NCBI GenBank assembly: GCA_965661285.1
Contig: CBFIDD010000003.1
Coordinates: 32,001-96,000 of the forward strand
Source of the DNA: Poseidonia sp.
GTDB lineage: Archaea; Thermoplasmatota; Poseidoniia; Poseidoniales; Poseidoniaceae
DNA length: 64,000 nt
Reading direction: 5' to 3'
Numbering within the stretch: position 1 is the first letter of the stretch; each line of letters opens with the position of its first letter. The notes under the pieces are model-generated. The model did no database searches and was not told the DNA's origin. It saw nothing but the letters and a program-made list of their open reading frames with translations. Position numbers and translations under genes: made by a program. Shown here in pieces: positions 18,153-27,229 of the stretch.

Positions 18153-19298
18153 TCAAAACAACCAAAGCGGTTTCTCGCACTCCATCGCTCGTTTGATGCC
18201 CCCGATGGGGCCGAGACAGCGCAAAATCAGTTCCGTCAACACATCCCCTCGCATGAAGGCATAACCCATGTTTTTGCTTCGCAGTGAGTTCTTCAAGGCT
18301 GGACCCATCGACGCACGGACTTTGGACTCGTAGGAGGAAAGGGCCGTGTTGTTTCTCATATGGTCTACGATGGATTCGGCAGCAAAGCACCCTGAGATGA
18401 TGGCTTGACTGATCCCGCCTCCGTTGCTGGGCATGACCAGGCCCGCAGCGTCCCCGACGGCGAGCGTCGTACCATCAACCATCTGCTTGACCGGTCCACC
18501 CATGGGAATCCAGCCGCCACCAAACGACACAATCTCGAGGTTGAGGTCCGCACAAAAACGTTCCAAATGCCCCTTGAGGTCGCCCTTCAATTTGCCAGCG
18601 CGGACGCCCAAACCGACGTTAGCAAACCCCGGTCCCTTGGGGATGATCCAAGCATACCCCGAGGGCGCAACCGAGCCGAGAAAGACATCGAAGGTTTCGG
18701 GCACGTCACCTTTGACCTGTGCGTACACGGTGGGAACTTGGTCCTCCGGGCGAAAGGCAGGGTCTTGACCGTGCTTCAATCGACCCACATGAGCTAAACT
18801 ACCAGAGGCGTCGATGAGGTAGTCACACGTAAATCGCCCCTCATTTGTAACCAACAACTCACGATTGGCCTTTCGCTGCTGCTGAATGCGCTTCAGCATC
18901 GTTGCCGTGCGCACTTCTGCTCCCGCCCGAACCGCTTTGTCGGCGAGGTAACCGTCAAATTGGAGGCGATGTCCGGCGAACGCATCGAGTGCAAAATGAA
19001 ACGATTTTCCCGAAGGGAGGAACACACGCATGTTGTCAAGCCGGTGGAGACGAAGGCGTTCTGGGAAATCGAAGTAGGTCCTCAGCCATTCGTGGTCTTC
19101 GAGGTGTTTGAAGGTGCCAATCACCTCCCCCCAATTCGGGATACATTCCCCGCACTGCGCTGGATTGCCAACGATGGACCGCCGTTCCAAAACGAGGACG
19201 TCCACGCCCTCTTCAGCGAGACGTTGAGCCGCAGCACTTCCAGCAGGACCTGCACCGATGACGATGACTTGACGGTGCTCGATATCGCTCACAGCCAT
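18153..19298 (-). CDS. geranylgeranyl reductase family protein (DGGGPL reductase)
   Basis: GAGPAGS FAD motif, QCGE, YAWIIPKG, VGDAAGLV.P.NGGGI. Confidence 0.9.
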   Translation of the reverse strand: MAVSDIEHRQVIVIGAGPAGSAAAQRLAEEGVDVLVLERRSIVGNPAQCGECIPNWGEVIGTFKHLEDHEWLRTYFDFPERLRLHRLDNMRVFLPSGKSFHFALDAFAGHRLQFDGYLADKAVRAGAEVRTATMLKRIQQQRKANRELLVTNEGRFTCDYLIDASGSLAHVGRLKHGQDPAFRPEDQVPTVYAQVKGDVPETFDVFLGSVAPSGYAWIIPKGPGFANVGLGVRAGKLKGDLKGHLERFCADLNLEIVSFGGGWIPMGGPVKQMVDGTTLAVGDAAGLVMPSNGGGISQAIISGCFAAESIVDHMRNNTALSSYESKVRASMGPALKNSLRSKNMGYAFMRGDVLTELILRCLGPIGGIKRAMECEKPLWLF

Positions 19299-19307
19299 GC
19301 GAACACC

Positions 19308-20291
19308 TCAAGCGTGCCGATCTTTGACGATGTTTGTGATGAGGAGCATGAGTTCCTTGGCTTCACTGTCGGGGAAGTGGTTCAATTCCGCTTGTGCCCG
19401 CTCAAGGTGTGTTTGAACGAGAATTTCAGCATACTCCATACTGTCGGAGCGGTCCAACAGCGACATCAACTCTTGGAAATGGTCATCTGAGAAATCCTCA
19501 ATGATTTGTGAGAGTCGTTGCCTATGCTGACCGTGCGAAAGGGTCAGTGCATGAATGAGGGGCAGCGTCATCTTCCCTTCGTAAACATCAGCTCCTCGTG
19601 GTTTGCCCATCCGTTCATCACCTCGCAGGTCAAGGAGGTCGTCCACGAGTTGGAAAGCAATCCCGAGTTCCATTCCAAAGCGTTCGAGCGCTTGGGCTTG
19701 CTCATCGTCCAACCCTGCAACCAAACCCGCAGCATAGCACCCGGAGGCGAACGGCCCTGCCGTTTTTCCTCGAACGATGGAAAGGTAGTCCTCCGGCGAG
19801 GTGGCGAGGTTCAAAACATGGTCGAGTTGATGGAATTCGGAAACGGCAATGTCGGCACAGCATCGGGCGATGATGGAGACGATTTGAGCAGAATAGCGCC
19901 CACCAAGTGCGAAGCCGTGAACAAATAACCAGTCACCGGCAATGACGGCTTTGGCTTGACCAGCCTGCGCATGGATGGTGGGGATGCCACGTCGTTGCTT
20001 CGCATCATCGTTGATGTCATCGTGAACGAGGGTTGCCGTGTGGATGAGTTCGAAGGCCAAGGCGAGGGGAAGAACATCTTGTTGGTCTTTGCCGCCTGCA
20101 AGTTGGTATGCCAGCAAAAACAAAATCGGGCGGAGACGTTTTCCGCCAGCATTCAAGACGCGTCCAGCCTCAAGGGCGACTTCGCCTGCACCGGCTTCAA
20201 TCTCGTTTTGAATGAGGGCGTGGAGGGCGTCGTTCACCTCGTCACGCATGGATTCGAGTGCCGATTGAAGCACCTCAAGACTGCTGGCCAC
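19308..20291 (-). CDS. idsA: polyprenyl (GGPP) diphosphate synthase
   Basis: GGKRLRP, LVHDDINDDA..RRG, AGD, GKTA, FQLVDDLLD. Confidence 0.92.
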   Translation of the reverse strand: MASSLEVLQSALESMRDEVNDALHALIQNEIEAGAGEVALEAGRVLNAGGKRLRPILFLLAYQLAGGKDQQDVLPLALAFELIHTATLVHDDINDDAKQRRGIPTIHAQAGQAKAVIAGDWLFVHGFALGGRYSAQIVSIIARCCADIAVSEFHQLDHVLNLATSPEDYLSIVRGKTAGPFASGCYAAGLVAGLDDEQAQALERFGMELGIAFQLVDDLLDLRGDERMGKPRGADVYEGKMTLPLIHALTLSHGQHRQRLSQIIEDFSDDHFQELMSLLDRSDSMEYAEILVQTHLERAQAELNHFPDSEAKELMLLITNIVKDRHA

Positions 20292-20369
20292 GCTTACCCT
20301 ACGAGGGTGGGCTTCTTAACCGGTCGTCCACGCCCATGATATGTGAGGGGCGACCCTTACCGAGGTGAA

Positions 20370-21476
20370 ATGATGGAAAACAGTGAGTATCTCGTGATTC
20401 TCACCACGCCCTCAAGAAACGACGGCGTTCGCCTCCAAATCGAGCGAACCGTCGGAACGCACGGCAAGAACAGGGACCTTCGCCTCAAGCAGCTTCCTCA
20501 CATGGAAACCGCGATTCAAACCCTGCGTGATGGAACCGGCGACATCGTTGCGATGAGCGCCTTTGACTGGGAACACCACGATGTTGAGGGATTGGCCATT
20601 GCTGGAGTGCTGCCCAGAAAAGAGCCAACATGGGTCTTGGTGGCGGACGACAAACCCGAATACCTCAAACAGGGCGCTCGGGTGATATGTGAGCATGAAC
20701 TCCTGCGACGGCAAATGCGCCGAATGCGCCCTGACATCGTCCTTGAAACCAGAGAGGAAATGGCAGAGAGAATCGGCGCAACTGCAGCGATGCAGGACCT
20801 CGACGAGGAGGATATTTGGCCGTGGATGGAGGAACAGCGTATCCTCGGTCTCATCGACGGTTTCATTGTCCCACGAGCCATTCACGCAGGACACCGGATG
20901 AAAGGCCGGCGCCACACCTTGGGATTGCAACGGGACCAAACCGAAAGTAACCGTGAGCGCTTCATCCCTCCTCCCCTTCACGGGTTTACCCTCCTTGTCT
21001 CGCGGCAGGGCTTCCCGAAAAACAGCGTTGTGGACATGCTGGACCCGAGTGCTGAACTGGCTTACCGCCTTGAAAAGGCTCTGCTCGAAAGCCTGGAACC
21101 TTCCTTACGCCCGATCGTCGGCGTCTTCATTGAACAGCGCAAAATTTCCACATTTTTGAAGAAGGCAACGCAAGAAGGTGACGAGGTGCTGCTGACGTCG
21201 CTGGTTGACCCCAACAAGAAAAGAGGGGTATTCAAGAGCGGCCCACGAGTTGAAATGCTCATTGAAACGCTGAATCAGAGCGGTACGGTCACCGCTGCCT
21301 GTGAGCGCCTTGTACAACCCGAGAACAGCCACTTGGGGATGGTGAACCTTCTGAAGGAATTCATGGACCTTCTCGCCGTCATGACCACCGACCACGAAGC
21401 CACCAAACGCAACATTCGCGGCATGCCGCCCTCGTTCATGGATGAACGTCCAAAATTGATGGACTTGGACGAGTAG
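20370..21476 (+). CDS. divergent porphobilinogen deaminase (HemC)-like protein, probably non-catalytic
   Basis: LRDGTGDIVAMSAFD...GLAIAGVLPRKEP..VLV...LKQGARV...LLRRQMRRMRPDI follows the HemC scaffold, but the catalytic motifs are altered. Confidence 0.65.
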   Translation: MMENSEYLVILTTPSRNDGVRLQIERTVGTHGKNRDLRLKQLPHMETAIQTLRDGTGDIVAMSAFDWEHHDVEGLAIAGVLPRKEPTWVLVADDKPEYLKQGARVICEHELLRRQMRRMRPDIVLETREEMAERIGATAAMQDLDEEDIWPWMEEQRILGLIDGFIVPRAIHAGHRMKGRRHTLGLQRDQTESNRERFIPPPLHGFTLLVSRQGFPKNSVVDMLDPSAELAYRLEKALLESLEPSLRPIVGVFIEQRKISTFLKKATQEGDEVLLTSLVDPNKKRGVFKSGPRVEMLIETLNQSGTVTAACERLVQPENSHLGMVNLLKEFMDLLAVMTTDHEATKRNIRGMPPSFMDERPKLMDLDE

Positions 21477-21587
21477 ACAAGCACCCCGCAAGCGGCAACA
21501 CCTGTCAGAACACGCCTCCTTGGCATGATTGGACAGCGAAGACATATATGCTTTCAATGCGGCAAAAGCCGTAGAGGTGGGGCGTCA

Positions 21588-23324
21588 ATGGACACATCGG
21601 CATTGTTAGGCGAACTCTACCAAGCTCGTTTTGACGACCTCAAAGCCATTGCACAAGGACACGGTGTTGCGAAATCCGGACCGGTTGAATCCCTCCGTGC
21701 TCGCCTCATCCAGCACCTCATTTTCCCGGATTGGGATTTCTCCCCTGCTGGACTTCGCAGCATTTCGAACAGCGACCTCGGAGAAATTCTGGGGCTGTTC
21801 GGTATCAAAAAATCGGGTTCCATCAAGGCTCGGCGACAACGTCTGCATCTCCACTTGAACCACGACCCGAAATCCCTGGCCGTTGAGCGCCTCGACGACA
21901 TGACGCGAGATGAACTTCATGCGATGTGCAAGGACCTCGAACTTCCACTTTCGGGCAATAAGCAAACGCTTCTGGCGCGCGTGGCGGGCGTTTTGGCATC
22001 CCAAGAAAATGCGTGGGGAAAGGTCAAGAAAAGTCTCCGGCGCCCACGAGGCCCGGTTTCCGTCCCGAACATCAGCACTGTCGCGTCCCAAGCCAACCCC
22101 GAACCGGTGGAAGAAACGGTGGCCACCTTTGTGGAAGAGCACGATGAGGGTTGGACCTACGAGGAAGAGGTTGCCCTCAAGGAGGACCTCGCAAACATCG
22201 GACACGATGTGTCATCCTCACAGATCGAAGCCGAACTTGCGCAGCAACTTCGACCAGCACAGGTCGATGCTGCAACCGATGTCCCCCCGATGATTCAACA
22301 CACCAGCGCCAGCGAGACCCACAGTTTGGAGACCGAGACGGCGCTGATGGAACTTCGAGAACGAACCGCAGAGATCCATGCGCTCGCACGTGATTTCTTG
22401 ATGGTAAGTTCCACCACCAACCAAGAGGATTTGAACGCCTTCATTCAATCCCTGCGGACCCAAGGTTTCGCCACCGACCTCGCTCCGGTGCATCAGGCCG
22501 TAGCGCAAATGGTCATGGAGCTTGATTATCGCGTCCAAAACGAAACCCAAGCGGCCACAGCGCTTCCTCAATCCTGGAGCGAGCGGGAAGCCTTGCGCCG
22601 CTTTGAAGAAGTAAGGAGTACGCTTCGGGACCGGTTGGAAAACATCCTCGCGCTTCATGCATCCGATGTCGTCAAAGCGAGAATGGCCTTTGAGCAAGAA
22701 GGTCGAGACTTGGAACTCGACCTACGCGTACCCAGCGTTTCGGGACGGCTGCACGCGCTCTTCGACCTCCACATCGAAATCGCTGAGTCACAAGCACTTC
22801 ACGACCCCGTTGTTCAACGTCGCCAGCGAATGATGCGAATCCTCCACCGAGGGGCCGTTCACATGCCTGAGAGCGAACGGATGACCGTTCAGCGATTGGA
22901 GCGAAACATCGCTTCGTTTGAGGAACTCGTCCAGACCATCCTTGAATCAGGCGAGGACGGGTTTGATGAGGCCCAACAAGCCCTTGTGATAAGGTTCCTC
23001 GAATCCAAAGGCTATGAGGTCAACACGACCCAACTCCGTCCCCGCGTGCTCGCCTGCGCTGGTATTCTTGGAGCCGAACTTGGCTACCTTTCGCCGAGTG
23101 AAATTCCACGTATTGCTCCGGGTGTTCTCGTCTCAGAAACGGAGGTTGACGCCATCGTTACCGAATTGAAATCATTGGCTGCGAGTTTCAAACCAACGGT
23201 TGAGGGCGAACCTGAAGAGGAGAATGAAGTGGCAGAATCAGTGGCCGATGCTTCGGATAACCTCGCACGAATCCGTGGAAAAATTGACCGTGTTGACGAT
23301 CTTCTCAACAGGCTCAACGGATGA
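21588..23324 (+). CDS. SAP-domain protein (three N-terminal SAP/HeH repeats plus long helical region)
   Basis: Repeats DDLKAIAQGHGVAKSGPVESLRARL / SDLGEILGLFGIKKSGSIKARRQRL / DELHAMCKDLELPLSGNKQTLLARV. Confidence 0.8.
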   Translation: MDTSALLGELYQARFDDLKAIAQGHGVAKSGPVESLRARLIQHLIFPDWDFSPAGLRSISNSDLGEILGLFGIKKSGSIKARRQRLHLHLNHDPKSLAVERLDDMTRDELHAMCKDLELPLSGNKQTLLARVAGVLASQENAWGKVKKSLRRPRGPVSVPNISTVASQANPEPVEETVATFVEEHDEGWTYEEEVALKEDLANIGHDVSSSQIEAELAQQLRPAQVDAATDVPPMIQHTSASETHSLETETALMELRERTAEIHALARDFLMVSSTTNQEDLNAFIQSLRTQGFATDLAPVHQAVAQMVMELDYRVQNETQAATALPQSWSEREALRRFEEVRSTLRDRLENILALHASDVVKARMAFEQEGRDLELDLRVPSVSGRLHALFDLHIEIAESQALHDPVVQRRQRMMRILHRGAVHMPESERMTVQRLERNIASFEELVQTILESGEDGFDEAQQALVIRFLESKGYEVNTTQLRPRVLACAGILGAELGYLSPSEIPRIAPGVLVSETEVDAIVTELKSLAASFKPTVEGEPEEENEVAESVADASDNLARIRGKIDRVDDLLNRLNG

Positions 23325-23325
23325 T

Positions 23326-24567
23326 TCAGTGCTGTTGGGCGTAGAAATTCTGAACCACCGAGGTCACCGTTTGGATGTCGGAGATTCCACGCTGGCACAA
23401 ATCTTCAATGATGGCTTGTCGCTGAGACACATGTCGTTCAAAGACATCCGGCGTAACGCCGGCAGCGTTGCAAATGGTTTCACGAAGTTTTGAGGGAATG
23501 CCCGTCTCCTCGATTTGGTCGGTTGCGGCATTGTACTTCCAAATCGCATTCAGACGGGGTTTATCGCCTTCCATGCCCGCTATCTCTGCCACTTCGGTGA
23601 TTTTGCGTGCGGTCTTTCCGTTGACGTGAAGGCGGGCTTGGATGATGATGAGGTCGAGTCCACTCAACATGATGGGCGGTACGCTCATCGGTGGGTTGAT
23701 CATCCGAGTCACCGTTTCTTGGGCGGTGTTGGCGTGCAGGGAACCAAAGGAACCGTCGTGGCCGGTGTTCATGGCAGTGAGCAGTGTAGCGCACTCAGGC
23801 CCACGGACTTCACCGACGATGATGCGGTCGGGTCGCATACGAAGGCTGGATTTCAGGCAGTCGTTCATGTCAACTTCTGGCGTGCCGTCCGGGCGCTCTC
23901 TTCGTGTTTCCATTCGGAGCCAATGGTCATGGTACACCTGCAATTCTGCGGTGTCTTCAACCGTCAACAAACGACGCGACCATGGAATGTACATTCCAAG
24001 GCAATTCAAGGTGGTGGTTTTACCAGAACCCGTGCCGCCAGCGATGACAAAGTTTGCTGGACGGCTGTCAAGACCCTCAATCCAAACCCACATCATGGCG
24101 GCCAGGCGTGAATTCACCGTGCCAAAGTTCACGAGGTCAATTATCGTGAGCGGGTCTTCCTTGAATTTACGAATGGTCAGCGTTGGCCCGTCTGGAGAGA
24201 CCGGAGGAATGGTCCCGTTGACACGAGAACCGTCTGGCAGGCGGCCGTCGAAAATGGGAACAAGGCCCGGGCCATCACCCAGTGGAACGTTGGTGAAGGA
24301 AGCGATGTTCTTCGCAATCTGAAGTCCCGATTCATCGTCAATCCAGATGTTGGTTCTGCACATGCCGTGATTGCGGTGAGCAACTTTGACACATTGCGTG
24401 CCTCCATTGTACATCACTTCTTCAAGCGAATCGTCCTCAAATAAGGCAGCAAGGTCGCCGTAAGGGTTCGCTTGAATGTCGCCATCGACGTGATAGATGG
24501 GAGAGGGGTGATTGGCTTCTGTGTAGATGGTTACTCGTCCGTATTGTTCCAAGATTTGTTCTGACAT
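23326..24567 (-). CDS. CpaF/VirB11-family type IV pilus assembly ATPase
   Basis: DGRLPDGSRVN, TIRKF, Walker A GGTGSGKTT, TVEDTAEL, LRMRPDRIIVGEVRG, MNTGHDG..SLHAN. Confidence 0.95.
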   Translation of the reverse strand: MSEQILEQYGRVTIYTEANHPSPIYHVDGDIQANPYGDLAALFEDDSLEEVMYNGGTQCVKVAHRNHGMCRTNIWIDDESGLQIAKNIASFTNVPLGDGPGLVPIFDGRLPDGSRVNGTIPPVSPDGPTLTIRKFKEDPLTIIDLVNFGTVNSRLAAMMWVWIEGLDSRPANFVIAGGTGSGKTTTLNCLGMYIPWSRRLLTVEDTAELQVYHDHWLRMETRRERPDGTPEVDMNDCLKSSLRMRPDRIIVGEVRGPECATLLTAMNTGHDGSFGSLHANTAQETVTRMINPPMSVPPIMLSGLDLIIIQARLHVNGKTARKITEVAEIAGMEGDKPRLNAIWKYNAATDQIEETGIPSKLRETICNAAGVTPDVFERHVSQRQAIIEDLCQRGISDIQTVTSVVQNFYAQQH

Positions 24568-24571
24568 GTCT

Positions 24572-25303
24572 TCAACCTCCAACGGCTTTCACGGCGCCCA
24601 AGTACAACCCCATGGAAATGGTCATCCACAAGGGAAGCCACCACAAGGTGTCTTTGAGACGACCCATCATTCGCCCGGATACACCCACGCCAACGGCGGA
24701 CGCTGCAGCGAAAAAGAGACTGAAGGTTTGGTTGAAACCGGTGATTTGGAAGCCTTTGCTGGCAGGAGCGAACAGACCGACGATAAAGGCGATAAGAACA
24801 GGTAAGCCGACGCTCACAAAGATGACGATGAGCATGCCTCGTCCAGAAAGTTCGCTTTCTCGCTGATTCATCAAGTCGTTCAAACGCTCGTAATCTCGAC
24901 TGAGGTCGCTCAAGATGTCGCGAAGGCTCGAATCCTGTTGAATCGCCGTTTCAATCAACATCATGACGCGCTGAACTTGGCTGGAGCGGGTCTTGGCTGC
25001 GAACGCAGAAAGGCTTGCCTCAAAGGAGGACGCATGGGCTTCTTTCAGGGTTTCAGCAAGCAGGGTTGCAAGCAAACCATCGTTGGATTCCGACTGTTCC
25101 ATCATCGCCTCCTGGAGACCTCGTCCTGCCCCGACCGAATCGGACAGGGCCTCAAGGAAGGTCGGAAGGGCGTTTTCAATCGCACGGCGGCGGCGACGTT
25201 CCAACATGGGCGGGATGCCACCTCCGACACCGGCGATGGCGATAACGGCCAAAAAGAGGAGAAGGGGCGACTCGTTGAACGACTCCAGGAATCCAAAGAT
25301 CAT
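24572..25303 (-). CDS. type II secretion F / TadC-like membrane platform protein
   Basis: RRRRRAIENALPTFLEALSDSVGAGRGLQEAM T2SSF signature plus C-terminal TM helices; adjacent to the ATPase. Confidence 0.85.
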   Translation of the reverse strand: MIFGFLESFNESPLLLFLAVIAIAGVGGGIPPMLERRRRRAIENALPTFLEALSDSVGAGRGLQEAMMEQSESNDGLLATLLAETLKEAHASSFEASLSAFAAKTRSSQVQRVMMLIETAIQQDSSLRDILSDLSRDYERLNDLMNQRESELSGRGMLIVIFVSVGLPVLIAFIVGLFAPASKGFQITGFNQTFSLFFAAASAVGVGVSGRMMGRLKDTLWWLPLWMTISMGLYLGAVKAVGG

Positions 25304-25312
25304 CAGAACACC

Positions 25313-25903
25313 TCACAATCCAGGGTCTTTCGTGTGCGCCTTAAGACCGATGAGCGCCATGCCAACAAGGGTGAGGAGCAAGCCCATGTTCACCACGCTG
25401 TTGATGACCGATGAATCCGGGAGCGACATGAAGGCGCCGAGGTCACCGGACATCAGTTGAGGGACCAAACCCACAATAGCGAGGATAATGGGGCCAATCA
25501 TCCCTATAGAAAGGAGCGTCTCGGGCACGCCGCCAAGGTCTTCGATGTATTTTTCCACTTCTTCGGACCTGTCTTCTTCCATCCTTGCGCCCTGTTTTTT
25601 GAGGGTTTCAACGAGGTCGGTGTTTTGGGTGACGTTGGTGTAGAGGGTGTTGAGAAGGCGCTTGTAGCCTGCGGATTGGGCGGTCTTCATCATGCTCTTC
25701 AGCTCTTTGTCAAGACCGCCGCCGGTGCCTTTGCGCAACCGTTTCATCATCGAGGAAAAGTCGTCTGAGATGATACCGTAGCCGCCGCGTCCGATGGTGT
25801 GGAGGGCGGCTTCCAGCCCAACACCCGATGACATCAGCACATCCATGGTGCGAATCACATAGAGGAGTTCTCTCTTTTCCTCGAGTTCACGCACGCCATG
25901 CAC
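25313..25903 (-). CDS. type II secretion F / TadB-like membrane platform protein (short)
   Basis: ELLYVIRTMDVLMSSGVGLEAAL..I...GYG.IS.DF T2SSF pattern and two C-terminal TMs; GTG start. Confidence 0.8.
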   Translation of the reverse strand: MHGVRELEEKRELLYVIRTMDVLMSSGVGLEAALHTIGRGGYGIISDDFSSMMKRLRKGTGGGLDKELKSMMKTAQSAGYKRLLNTLYTNVTQNTDLVETLKKQGARMEEDRSEEVEKYIEDLGGVPETLLSIGMIGPIILAIVGLVPQLMSGDLGAFMSLPDSSVINSVVNMGLLLTLVGMALIGLKAHTKDPGL

Positions 25904-25907
25904 CCCT

Positions 25908-26261
25908 TCAAATCACGTCTTCGAGCAACTCAAAATGGAATCCTTCGTTGGCGCTGTCGTATTCCATCACCGCGAAAATCACCTTCACATCTCGTTCTTC
26001 AAAGGGGTCGTGGATGTAGGGCTGTCCCGTGCGGAACATGGCCACGATTCGCTTGTATTCGTCGATGCTCAATTCTCCACGCACGGTGTACAATGTCGAT
26101 TCTGAGCCTTCGTCATGCAAGTCATCGCCTTCTTGTCCACGAATAACCGTACGGGTGAGACGACGCGTCATACGAACTTTGATGTCGGCATTTGCAATTC
26201 GAACCCAGTCAGAGCTTGATGTTCCTGTCGCCGGGCGAATAAAGAAATCCATTCCAGCCAT
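25908..26261 (-). CDS. small hypothetical protein resembling the phage DNA-circularisation N-terminal / tail-tube-like domain
   Basis: RRLTRTVIRGQEGDDLHDEGSESTLYTVRG...HDPF resembles the Mu gpN DNA_circ_N pattern (by eye only). Confidence 0.55.
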   Translation of the reverse strand: MAGMDFFIRPATGTSSSDWVRIANADIKVRMTRRLTRTVIRGQEGDDLHDEGSESTLYTVRGELSIDEYKRIVAMFRTGQPYIHDPFEERDVKVIFAVMEYDSANEGFHFELLEDVI

Positions 26262-26317
26262 GTTTGACCCCTGTTCACCCCACAGCGTGAGAAGAACTTG
26301 AATGTGTTGGATGAGGA

Positions 26318-27229
26318 TTATTCATTTGTAGCAAGTCGGAACCAACCAAACCGAGGCTCGTCTAGCGTGCCACCATCGAGCATCTCCTCGAGTTTTGCCT
26401 CGGCCACCTCTCGGACGAAGCCACGTGCAACAGCATTTTTGAGGAGCGTGTCAAAGGTTACCCCCTCTCCTTGGTCCAAATGCCCGATGGCTTGGAGGAG
26501 GAACGCCTGGACATCTTGACCGCTCGCTTGGTCATCCTCGGAACCCTCCGGCAGGGACATCACGGGCGGTGCTGTCGTTGCTGCCTCAATACGGCCCTCG
26601 GCGATGTCGAGCGCCTGCATCAGGTTGAGTTTGAAGGGTTCGAGATCGATTTCACCGTAGTGGTTTCGAGCGGAGAGCAAACTGACCGGGAGGTCGGCTT
26701 TTCCGTAGGCGTCGAGGGTGGGTTCAACCTCGAGAGAAGCCGTAAACTGGCTCATGCGGGTCATCGTGGCTTCACAGGCATCGAGCAGCCAATTGGCGTA
26801 GACCTCTCGGCTGACCACACAGGCTTCTTCAGGCCGCAACGACGTGTAGACGGCTCCCTCATCGGTTTGATACCATCGTGTTTTCGAGGTCATCATCACG
26901 AGAAGAGGCTCGCCATCGTTGAGGCGGTCTGTCCACTGATGGGCCAGTTCCTGCATCATCTCAGAGTTGTATTCGCCAATCGAAAAATAATGAAGACCGG
27001 TCGGGTCTCGGAGTTGCCCCTGGTAGAGTGAGGACCCGTTGCTGGTTTCGCGCAATTCCAATCGCTCAAGGAGGCCAGCGGCGACGATGCGGTTGACCTT
27101 TGCCCCGAGTTTCGTGATCACAAAGGACGGGTCGTATTCACCCGAGCCCTTCTCGTTGAGGGTGGCGCTTCCAAACTCAGAGGCGAGTAAGAGATGAGCC
27201 GGCTGGCGTGAGATTCGTGCTCGCTCCAT
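26318..27229 (-). CDS. RPA small/associated subunit (OB fold plus C-terminal winged helix)
   Basis: PSFVITKLGAKVNRI, LRDPTG, YTSLRPE; C-terminal wH (LLKNAVARGF...LEEMLDGGTLDEPRFG); translationally coupled to the large RPA gene. Confidence 0.85.
   Translation of the reverse strand: MERARISRQPAHLLLASEFGSATLNEKGSGEYDPSFVITKLGAKVNRIVAAGLLERLELRETSNGSSLYQGQLRDPTGLHYFSIGEYNSEMMQELAHQWTDRLNDGEPLLVMMTSKTRWYQTDEGAVYTSLRPEEACVVSREVYANWLLDACEATMTRMSQFTASLEVEPTLDAYGKADLPVSLLSARNHYGEIDLEPFKLNLMQALDIAEGRIEAATTAPPVMSLPEGSEDDQASGQDVQAFLLQAIGHLDQGEGVTFDTLLKNAVARGFVREVAEAKLEEMLDGGTLDEPRFGWFRLATNE

Noticed and set aside
25908-26261. Prophage remnant
   Set aside because: A single phage-like domain with no capsid, terminase or integrase genes and no visible compositional shift.
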